Below are positions 35,975 to 45,400 of a stretch of 64,000 bases of DNA, piece after piece. The position numbers and the translations under genes were made by a program. A model generated the notes under the pieces. The model was given only the letters and a program-made list of their open reading frames with translations, had not been told where the DNA came from and ran no database searches. Location of the stretch: positions 1-64,000 of the IMG/VR virus record IMGVR_UViG_3300034022_000629; one strand, 5' to 3'. The stretch's first letter is position 1, and every line of letters begins with the position of its first letter. Origin of the DNA: a virus.

Positions 35975-37436
35975 CTAACAGTTCTGCTTCCTTGCGGATA
36001 ATCTCCATTTTCATATCACAAAACTTATCGTATTTTGGATTTAATTTAAATCTACTATTTTTATAGAACCCCATAGCCCATAACCATTGGAACCAATTAA
36101 CTCCACCAAATATACGACCTCTAAACAATTGTTCAGGTGGTTGTATTGACATAATATGTAACTTTTGTTTTAATGTGTCAGGTACAAATGATTTCTCTTT
36201 TACGTCTTTCCAAAATTGAGTATCGTTCCTATTACATAATAAATAATGTGCCTGAATGAAATCTCTAATATCAATCATCATATCGATGTTATCTTTATTG
36301 ATTGCATCAATTGTTGATGATGTGTAGTTAAGATTATTTTTTTCTAATTCCGTTGCTAATGTTGCCATTATACCTTGAAACGTTGAAATACCTGTCGACT
36401 CCATTGGTTCCGCAAAACCACCAGCTAATCCACAAGCAACTACATTTTTAACTGCTACTTTTTCACGAGTACCAATTCTCATATTAATTTTTATAACCTT
36501 ACCATCGTATCCTCCGTGAAATTCTCTATATTCTTTTTCCGCATCCTCATCACTAATATGTTTTGATGAGTACACATACCCAGAACCTATTCTATCGAAG
36601 ATGGGTGTTTTCCATAACCAACCACTATTCATTGTGTAAAGTCTCGAATATGGTTCCATTTCTGATTTCTTATCTTTATATGGGATTGGTGCCGCAATGG
36701 CTTTATCACAAAATAATGAATCACTAAATGAAATGAATGGTTCATTCATAACTGATTCAATTAATACACCTTTGAACCCAGAACAATCAATAAACAAATC
36801 AGCCGCAAATTTTTGTTGATCCCATAATTTAATGTCTTGAATATAACCAAAGTCATTTAGTTTAACTTGTTTTAATTGACCCTCAACAAATTTAACACCA
36901 TTAGGTATACATACTTTATTTTTAATAACTTCAGCAAATTTAATTGCGTCGAAATTATAACTGTAAACACTCTCAATATCTTCGTAAGTTGGTAGATAAG
37001 TTAAATCATCATCAATTTTTGGACAAAGATTATTATCACATAATTTAGAAGATATAAATAACTCATCTAATTTTTTTGAGTCGTCTTTATATTTCGATAC
37101 AAGGTGTTGTAGTAAGTTTGTGTTTTTATTAACAAATAATTTAGATTCATTCTCAACACGAACCATATGTTCACCAGTACTAGACCAATTCATAAACTTA
37201 CCTCCGTACTTATATGTTGCAGACGATTCATTCATCCAATCTTCTTCTTTAAGTCCTATAAATTTCATATAAGAATGAAGACTAGCCGTTGAACTTTCAC
37301 CAACACCAATTGCACCAATTTTATTTGAGTGAATTACTGTGATGTCTAATTTTTCTTTAAATACTTTAGACAATAATGCTGCTGTCATTATGCCAGCTGT
37401 ACCGCCACCAACGATTACAATTTTTTTAATTTCCAT
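35919..37436 (-). CDS. flavin-dependent (tryptophan-type) halogenase
   Basis: - N-terminal FAD motif IVIVGGGTAGIMTA.
- GWLWKTPIFDRIGSGYVY matches the GWxWxIP halogenase signature.
- AGGFAEPMESTGI matches the F-x-x-P-x-S-x-G motif.
- Length 505 aa. Confidence 0.7.
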   Translation of the reverse strand: MEIKKIVIVGGGTAGIMTAALLSKVFKEKLDITVIHSNKIGAIGVGESSTASLHSYMKFIGLKEEDWMNESSATYKYGGKFMNWSSTGEHMVRVENESKLFVNKNTNLLQHLVSKYKDDSKKLDELFISSKLCDNNLCPKIDDDLTYLPTYEDIESVYSYNFDAIKFAEVIKNKVCIPNGVKFVEGQLKQVKLNDFGYIQDIKLWDQQKFAADLFIDCSGFKGVLIESVMNEPFISFSDSLFCDKAIAAPIPYKDKKSEMEPYSRLYTMNSGWLWKTPIFDRIGSGYVYSSKHISDEDAEKEYREFHGGYDGKVIKINMRIGTREKVAVKNVVACGLAGGFAEPMESTGISTFQGIMATLATELEKNNLNYTSSTIDAINKDNIDMMIDIRDFIQAHYLLCNRNDTQFWKDVKEKSFVPDTLKQKLHIMSIQPPEQLFRGRIFGGVNWFQWLWAMGFYKNSRFKLNPKYDKFCDMKMEIIRKEAELLVDQLPNHYEYLKKFYGRD

Positions 37437-37448
37437 AAAATGTTTTTT

Positions 37449-38180
37449 TTAAGCTTCAGGTGCAGGTACTGCGTCGAATCTTGAGTCTCCAGGTATAATT
37501 GTTCTTTCCACAGGTAAAACGACATTTAAAATATCATCACCTTCCGTATTTTTTAATTGGGTAACATATGATTCCTCTTCAGAAAACATTTGAGCAATTT
37601 GTAATTTATAATTCTCATAAGCCACCAATACTGACGGAACTAATTCCGAAACCGAAACACCTCTTGCATCCGCAATTAAACTTAATGTTGGTGTTGGTGA
37701 TGTTGGGTCTTCGGTATAATCTTTAGCTTCACTAACTTGTGAATCCCAAGTTGCTCTTTCTTGTGGGGTCTTATTGATTGATAAAGTTTCAAACTTTTGT
37801 TTGTAGTAATCTTTAACCATTCTTATTCTAACCCAACGAATTGCTTCATATCTATCAGTAACTTCACTATCGACCATTGGTCTCTTGATACGAATACCTT
37901 TGTTTGCATCAAAATCTTCATCGAAGAATTCAGCAGATTGACCTCCTGAATAATTCTTATAAAGTTTGGCACTTTCTTTAGTTGCAATAAAATAAAGAAG
38001 TCCATTTATTACTTGTTCATTACATAAAACGATACCATATTTTTGAATTAGTCCAGTTGATACTTTTGCTATATCAGGTACTGTGCAGAAATAATAGTTC
38101 TCTGCGTATCTTAATTGTTCCAACCCACTTATCATTGGATGACCTTCACCCTGTGGTATTCTGTATGCTATGTAGTCCAT
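37449..38180 (-). CDS. hypothetical protein
   Basis: 243 aa; lies upstream of the tail-fibre genes. Confidence 0.4.
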   Translation of the reverse strand: MDYIAYRIPQGEGHPMISGLEQLRYAENYYFCTVPDIAKVSTGLIQKYGIVLCNEQVINGLLYFIATKESAKLYKNYSGGQSAEFFDEDFDANKGIRIKRPMVDSEVTDRYEAIRWVRIRMVKDYYKQKFETLSINKTPQERATWDSQVSEAKDYTEDPTSPTPTLSLIADARGVSVSELVPSVLVAYENYKLQIAQMFSEEESYVTQLKNTEGDDILNVVLPVERTIIPGDSRFDAVPAPEA

Positions 38181-38181
38181 T

Positions 38182-38835
38182 TTACTCTTGTTTAAAATCT
38201 ATTTCTTTTCTTTGGTTATTTTCTAGGAGTTCTTGATCCCCTATCATATCTAAATATTTTACTTGTCCTTTTACTTCGTTTGTAATTTTAGTTGCCTCAA
38301 CTAACGCTTTCCTAAAATTGGTATCACCCATTTGCATTAACGCCTCTAAATTACCAACACCAATACGACCAACTGTTAGTAATTCTAACGCCGCTTGGTT
38401 TGCCAACCTTTTAATCCAATAATCAGTTTCATATACTTCTTGATTTTCCATCAACTCCTTTACATCAATTTTAGATCTAAACTCTTCTAAAATTTGTTCA
38501 AGATACGAAAGTTCCCCTTTGGTTCTTTCCATACTTCTGTTTCCATTTTCATATCCGATATCTAATTTCTTAATTTCGTGTTGATACAACGCCTTTTGAG
38601 CCTCTGAAGTTTCTGATAAAAATTTTTCCATCACTAAATTCCTTTCTAAACGATTTTTCTCCATATCCAAACCAATTTGCTCAAGGTTAGTAATTCTAAC
38701 CTCCATTTCTAATAAAATCTGTTTGAATTGTCTAAAATTATTGTGTTGAGACCCAACAACGAAATGTTTAATTTGGAATTGACTCATTGAAAAGTTTAAG
38801 TCTTTATATTCCAACGGTAATTTATCTTCTGTCAT
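38182..38835 (-). CDS. coiled-coil hypothetical protein
   Basis: 217 aa with heptad-like Leu/Glu/Lys content. Confidence 0.4.
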   Translation of the reverse strand: MTEDKLPLEYKDLNFSMSQFQIKHFVVGSQHNNFRQFKQILLEMEVRITNLEQIGLDMEKNRLERNLVMEKFLSETSEAQKALYQHEIKKLDIGYENGNRSMERTKGELSYLEQILEEFRSKIDVKELMENQEVYETDYWIKRLANQAALELLTVGRIGVGNLEALMQMGDTNFRKALVEATKITNEVKGQVKYLDMIGDQELLENNQRKEIDFKQE

Positions 38836-38888
38836 ATTTCTTTGTTTTTTATAATATAAGTAAATAATTTGACATTGTCAAATGAATA

Positions 38889-40475
38889 TTAAAATGATGC
38901 CCACATTCCTGAACCAGATGATGCTGAGCGAGGTGCATCGGTAATTTGAACTATAGTGTCAATATTATAGTTAATTTTATCTGAGTGTGCGTTTTGACCA
39001 TCGGTACAACTGTAACCACCCGCAAAATAACCCCAGTTCATTCCCATAAGTCCCGCGTGTTCGTTATTCCATCTTGTTTGTGAACCACTATTGATAGTCC
39101 AAGTTGATGTAGTGTTTACGAATTTAAATATTCTATTTCCATCAGAAGTGGTACAATAAGTACCACCCCAATTACCCGCTAAATAAAATTTATCTTGTTT
39201 TGAATTAACACCCTTTTCCGCTCCGCTTCCTGGCATACCTAACGCTCCTGGATTACTATTTGTTGATACAGTTGTCCAAACTTCAGTTGAGTGTGGCATT
39301 TTATTGGTTACGGTTGTTGAACCTCCATACGCTGAAGCAAATTGAAAACTATAGTCTTTATCAAACCAGCCAACAGCGTATTGTCCAACAGGTGCACCTG
39401 TTGTAGATGTCCAAGTTTCAGATGCAAACAATAATATGTCCATATAAGTGGTACCCTTACCAACTTCAAATCCTTTAGTTCCATAAGATGCTAAAGTATT
39501 ATATGTTCCACCTTGAGCTGAAGGTAATGCGGATGGTAAGTAACCAATACCGTGTTGACAAGATGATGGAGAACCTCCAGCACCGTTGGGTCTAGCGGCA
39601 ATTGCTTGTACTGTATCGGTAGCAAAGTTTACTCTATCATTTGTTGTGTCACCATTTTGTACATTATGGTAAGTGTATCCATTTGACATTGCACTTGCCC
39701 ATCCAGCATATTTAATTGCTTTGTTTAATGAAGATGCCATATATGACCAACTATCTGTTGCATATAATAATCTAAGAATGTTACTATATAAAGTACTGCC
39801 AATATAACCACCCCCAACGTATCCCCTTACTAAATTTAAATCAAATCTGTATGTGTTTGTTAGAAAGGCAAAAACTGGTCTATCGTTATGTTTAAGAGTT
39901 GCTGCCTGTGATTCAATTCTAAGTGGTTGAACTTCGGTATCTCCAGCCTCACCCACAACAATACAAACAGCATCTGTTGATGCGATTGTTGTTGAAGATG
40001 AATTAGTGAAATTTGTCCAAGGTCCACCAGGTCCATCTGTAGCATACTGTAATGTTAAAGTGTTTCCACTTCTTTGCCATTTAAACCAATAACCTGTTGT
40101 AGCAGCACCACCACTACCGATAGGTGCGTGATATTGTCCAAAGAACGTTGCACTATATCCATTCGGAAATCCAGATGTGTTTAACGCTCCCGCGTAAGGT
40201 CCATTACCATCAGCTGAATATCCATTAAAATCTGTATGATTAACGGTTGGTCCATAAACAAATCCAGTACCTCTATAGTTGTGAGCCCAATATGCAATAA
40301 TAATAAAATCTTCACCAGCTGCAAAGGTATAATCATATACAACTGTTGTATATCCACTACCAGAACTAAAAATTGTACTATTAGTGCCTGACAACGTTCC
40401 ACGTATGTGATAAGTTGATGGTTGTCTCCAACCTCGTCCTTTGTCAAATAATTCTATATTACCTGTTACTTGCAT
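38889..40475 (-). CDS. tail fibre / receptor-binding-like protein, paralogue 3 (Kelch-like repeats)
   Basis: Shares GY(V/I)GGGYIGS blades and the C-terminal ...QITDAPRSASSGSGMWASF with its two neighbours. Confidence 0.5.
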   Translation of the reverse strand: MQVTGNIELFDKGRGWRQPSTYHIRGTLSGTNSTIFSSGSGYTTVVYDYTFAAGEDFIIIAYWAHNYRGTGFVYGPTVNHTDFNGYSADGNGPYAGALNTSGFPNGYSATFFGQYHAPIGSGGAATTGYWFKWQRSGNTLTLQYATDGPGGPWTNFTNSSSTTIASTDAVCIVVGEAGDTEVQPLRIESQAATLKHNDRPVFAFLTNTYRFDLNLVRGYVGGGYIGSTLYSNILRLLYATDSWSYMASSLNKAIKYAGWASAMSNGYTYHNVQNGDTTNDRVNFATDTVQAIAARPNGAGGSPSSCQHGIGYLPSALPSAQGGTYNTLASYGTKGFEVGKGTTYMDILLFASETWTSTTGAPVGQYAVGWFDKDYSFQFASAYGGSTTVTNKMPHSTEVWTTVSTNSNPGALGMPGSGAEKGVNSKQDKFYLAGNWGGTYCTTSDGNRIFKFVNTTSTWTINSGSQTRWNNEHAGLMGMNWGYFAGGYSCTDGQNAHSDKINYNIDTIVQITDAPRSASSGSGMWASF

Positions 40476-40484
40476 ATTCTATAA

Positions 40485-41450
40485 TTAATAACCACTCCAC
40501 ATTGGTGATCCTGAACTTAATGACCTTGGTGCGTCTGGTATTTGTATAACCGTATCTGTTGGGTATTCCACCCTATCTGTGTGTGCATTTTGTGCTCCAT
40601 TATATCCTCCCGCCCAATATCCGTGATTCTGACCCATAACTGGTGATTGTTCACCATTAGCTAAAGTTTGGTTATATGGATTTGTTTGATATGAATATGT
40701 TATGTGCATAAATTTCATAAATGGATAGGTTACATTATCCCCAATAACATATGATTTAGCATCTTTTGTTGGTAGTCCTTTACCCCAAGCACCTAAAGAT
40801 GTTGTATAGTTAGGTGAACAAGATATAGATCCCCAAGTTTCAGTTGCGTATGGATATCTTCTAGTCACACCATCATTACCCAAACTAAATCCCGCTAATT
40901 TATCAAACCAAGCTTGTGTATATGCGGTTCCAGTTGCAATACTACCATCACTAGCTGCCACCCAAGTATCTGCCGCGAAGTTTAATTTATCGTAGTTAGT
41001 ACTATTTGCGTTTGCTAAGGTATATGCTCTAGTCCCAAAAAAAGAACCGTCGGTGTTGTAACCAATACCGTGTTGTATTTGTGATGAACTATTAGCACTT
41101 GCGTAGTTTCTATTATTGATGTTAGTACATACTTCAGTACTAAATGCCATTTTTTGATTTATTACATCTCCACCGCACCAAAACATATATCCGTTTGTGT
41201 GTGAACTTGCCCAACCTCCATAATATAAACTTGATCGTAACGATGCGTTTGCAGATGTTCCCCAAGCATCTGTTGCATTTTGTATTGTTGTTACAACTGA
41301 CCAAACTGAAGAACCAATATAACCACCACCGATATATCCTTTAGTTAAGGATAAACCATTCTTATAATCATCGGCAATGTATTCAAGGTTCAAAGCTGAA
41401 CCATTGTATTTCATTGTTCCCGTATAATTTATTTGTCCGTATACTTTCAT
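40485..41450 (-). CDS. tail fibre / receptor-binding-like protein, paralogue 2
   Basis: Repeated GGxY...TD(A/T)W units and a C-terminal QIPDAPRSLSSGSPMWSGY. Confidence 0.5.
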   Translation of the reverse strand: MKVYGQINYTGTMKYNGSALNLEYIADDYKNGLSLTKGYIGGGYIGSSVWSVVTTIQNATDAWGTSANASLRSSLYYGGWASSHTNGYMFWCGGDVINQKMAFSTEVCTNINNRNYASANSSSQIQHGIGYNTDGSFFGTRAYTLANANSTNYDKLNFAADTWVAASDGSIATGTAYTQAWFDKLAGFSLGNDGVTRRYPYATETWGSISCSPNYTTSLGAWGKGLPTKDAKSYVIGDNVTYPFMKFMHITYSYQTNPYNQTLANGEQSPVMGQNHGYWAGGYNGAQNAHTDRVEYPTDTVIQIPDAPRSLSSGSPMWSGY

Positions 41451-41454
41451 ATTA

Positions 41455-42426
41455 TTAAATTGGACTCCACATTGGAGATGCTGAACTTAATGATCTTGGC
41501 GCGTCCGCAATTTGAACGACCGTATCTGTATTGTGAAACACTTTGTCACTATGCGCATTTTGACTATAGGTACCTTGATATCCACCAGCTAAATAACCGT
41601 GATTCTGTCCCATAGTTCCTGCGTGTTCACAGTTGGGTTGTGTTTGACTTCCAAAATTTACAGTCCACGTTGATATACTATTTCTAAATTGGAATATTGT
41701 ATTATTATACCAACCACTATTACCCGCAACATACGCCTTACCTTTTTTAGTATTAAGACCTTTCTCTAATTGTCCTTGTGGCATACCCATAGTAATTGGT
41801 CCACTAACTGTTGAAAGTGTTGACCAAGTTTCGGATGCAAATGGAAATATTTTAGTGTAATTATTTAACGATGCAAAGTTCCAACCATACTCTTTATCAA
41901 ACCAACCGTAAGCGTGAGATGCTTGACCTATGTTACCATCCGACCTTGCGGTCATTGAATCTGTTGTAAAATCTAATTTATCATAACTAGTTGATGAGTT
42001 TCCACAAGTGTATGCATATCTTCCATATGGTACTCCCGTTGTTTCAAATCCAACACCTTGTTGAATCAATGATGGTGAATAACTACCATTTGTTCTTGCT
42101 GCGGTTGTTGTAACTGTCTCATTGGCAAACATTACTTTATTAACTGTGGATGCATTTCCTTGAAAAACATAACCGAATGTATGTGCTGAAGCCCATCCTC
42201 CGTAATTGGTTGTGAATGTTAATATATTAGATGAAGTTGCCCAAGCATCTGTCGCATAACTTAATAATGTTATGGTATTCCATACTGAAGCACCAACATA
42301 ACCACCACCAATCAAACCACGAATAAGAACTAATCCTAATTCGTAGTGACTATCTAAAACACTTTTAATATCTCTACCTTGTACTGTTAGATTTCCCGTA
42401 AAATTTACATCTCCGTTTACTTTCAT
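41455..42426 (-). CDS. tail fibre / receptor-binding-like protein, paralogue 1
   Basis: Same architecture as its two neighbours, with a C-terminal QIADAPRSLSSASPMWSPI. Confidence 0.5.
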   Translation of the reverse strand: MKVNGDVNFTGNLTVQGRDIKSVLDSHYELGLVLIRGLIGGGYVGASVWNTITLLSYATDAWATSSNILTFTTNYGGWASAHTFGYVFQGNASTVNKVMFANETVTTTAARTNGSYSPSLIQQGVGFETTGVPYGRYAYTCGNSSTSYDKLDFTTDSMTARSDGNIGQASHAYGWFDKEYGWNFASLNNYTKIFPFASETWSTLSTVSGPITMGMPQGQLEKGLNTKKGKAYVAGNSGWYNNTIFQFRNSISTWTVNFGSQTQPNCEHAGTMGQNHGYLAGGYQGTYSQNAHSDKVFHNTDTVVQIADAPRSLSSASPMWSPI

Positions 42427-42427
42427 A

Positions 42428-45400
42428 TTACAGTCCTAATTTACCTTTTAATTCTGTTATAATCAAGTTCTGTTCGTTTATTTCTTGCTTTAATTCTTTA
42501 ACTGCCTCAATAAGATATGCATTTATTCTACCGTAAGAAACTGAATCAACTTCACCATCTTTATTTTTAAGAACAACTAATGGTGTTACATCATACATTT
42601 CTTCCGCAATCACACCCGCCTCAATATTACCACTATCTTTTCTTGTGTATGTTACACCTCTCATTTGAAGTATCTTATCTAAACCGTATTTAATTGTTTC
42701 AATATTTGTTTTATATCGAATGGATGAATTTTCAGTAAAAATACCACCAACCGTTATACTACCTTTGGTATAGAAGTTACCAGTTGCTGAACTCATTTCA
42801 GCAACAATGGATGGTTGACCTGTTGATGTTCCCGCTTCCCAAGTCCAACCATAACCGCTAGAGTTTTCAATGAAACTACGAAGTGCCCACGATGTTACAA
42901 AATTACCAGCTGCAGGTGAGGTAATATTACCCGTTGGTCCAGTACTGGCAACGTTTACTGCTGCCATATATTGACACCACGCCGTATAACCACTTGAATA
43001 CCAATTAATACCGTGAGTTGTATTGGCACTTCTTTGTATAAAATGACTTCTAGCATATAAATCAACAAATGTTGGTGAGTTACCCGTACCAACACTTTGG
43101 TTAATCGTATATGCTGTTATGTTACCTGCAGTACCTGCAGTTGAAGCATATGACACAGATTGTGAACCAATGTTACCCGTGGTAATTGCATCTGTTATTC
43201 CATAACCACTTATTGTTGTTGGTTTTGATGAAACGTTTGCGAAAGATATACCTGTGATGTATCCGTTTGGATTCGTTGCGTTATATGGTGTATAACCTAA
43301 CGCTGTTGTAACGTTACCACTGGTTATACTCGAAATATATCCCGATGGGTTAGTTGCATTGTATGGGGTAAATCCAAGTGCCGTTGTTACATTACCACTC
43401 GTTATACTTGAAATGTAACCAGATGGGTTCGTTGCGTTGTATGGAGTGTAACCTAATGCGGTTGTAACGTTGCCGCTAGTTATACCTGTTAAATAAGCAC
43501 TATTATTTGTGAACTGTGAAATGTTCATTGAACTTAATGCTCCCGCTGTCGCTACCGTTTGTGAACCAATATTACCACTATGTATAAACTCTCTCCAAGT
43601 TTGCCATCCACTATCATTTCTTCTTCTAAAATACGCAACGTCCGAAGCGTAATCAAACGCTAATTGTGTTCTTCTATCAAAGTTATTACCAATATTAACA
43701 GTTCTTATATTTGGTGATGATAACGGTGGTGTACCTGAAGGTACTGGGTCAAATGTTGTAAAACTTTCTCCCCAATCAGAATCTATATTACCAGTTATTG
43801 TACCATTAGATTTTACAGAATCAGTAATTCCATATCCACTAAGTGTTGTTGGTTTTGATGAAACGTTAGCAAATGATATACCTGTAATATAACCCGATGG
43901 GTTAGTTGCATTATACGGAGTAAATCCTAAAGCTGTTGTTACATTACCACTGGTTATACTTGAGATATACCCTGATGGATTGGTTGCGTTGTATGGAGTG
44001 TAACCTAATGCGGTTGTAACGTTACCACTAGTTATACTTGAAATGTAACCAGATGGGTTAGTTGCGTTGTATGGTGTAAATCCTAAAGCCGTTGTTACGT
44101 TACCGCTCGTTATACCTGTTAAATAAGCACTGTTATTTGTGAACTGTGAAATGTTCATTGATGTCAACGCGCCCGCCGTAGTTGCTGTTGTTGCATTACC
44201 ACTTAATGCGCCTGTGAACGTTGTTGCACTTACTGTTGAGAATGTTGGTGTACTAGTTGTTAATACTGCTTGGTTTATAACTGAACCATATCCTATTGTT
44301 GAACTTAAGGTAATTTGTGCACTACCCGATACCAAACCAGACGGTATACTACCAATTGATCCGAATGTTATTTGAGACGAGCCCGACACTATACCAGATG
44401 GAATACTCGATAAACTACCATATGTAATTTGACTAGATCCAGATACAACACCATCCGCATTCATTTTACTTTTTACACCACTTGTAAATGTTGCTGATGT
44501 TGTGTCAAGACTAACTGTTCTTGTTGCGGATATGTCACCGCCACCACTTAAACCATTACCTGCAGTAATTGATACCGCTGTGTGATCGATATGTCTATTT
44601 GTATCATACCCTGTTGTTGAGTTATGTGCTATTTGTGATGAACCAGAAACTATTGTTGTTCCTGTTGAAACAATTGTACCATTAATAACGGTGTTAGATA
44701 AAACAGTAACGGTTGTACCGTCATCTGTTATGTTTGAATCATTTAAGTGATCTCCTCCGGCAGATTTTGCAATTCTACCACTTGTTAATGTTAATTCACT
44801 TCCTAATGAACCAGAGCTACGAGGTCCAGATAATATAACACCACCACCATACGAAGCCTCACTTGAGTTTTGATAAACCCACCTATTATTAACTGAGTCC
44901 CATAATAAAGATCCTGTCGCGATTCCAACCGAACCCGAATCGTGAACTTCTAATCCACCAAATCTAGAACCTGGACTCGCTGTGTTTACTGTAATAATAT
45001 TATCCTCAACTCTTAATTGAGATGATGTCACATATGTTATAGATGAGGAACCAAAAACTGTTAAGTTTTCAGTAATTATTACCGAACCACTAATTGTTTG
45101 TAAGCCTTTGAATGTGTTAGAACCGGTGGTTGCGTAACTACCACTTTTACCTTCAATCGAATCTAACCTATTGCTTTGATTTAATGTTGTGGTAGCAATT
45201 GAAGAACTTAATGATCCAATACTAGAACTTAATCCGCTTGTTGTTGTTGCAACTGATGATGATAAACTCCCAATACTAGAACTTAATCCACTTGTTGTTG
45301 TTGCAACACTTGAAGATAAACTTCCAATACTACTTGTTAAAGAAGAACTTAATCCTAATGTTGTAGTTGCAACTGAAGAAGATAAACTTCCAATTGAACT

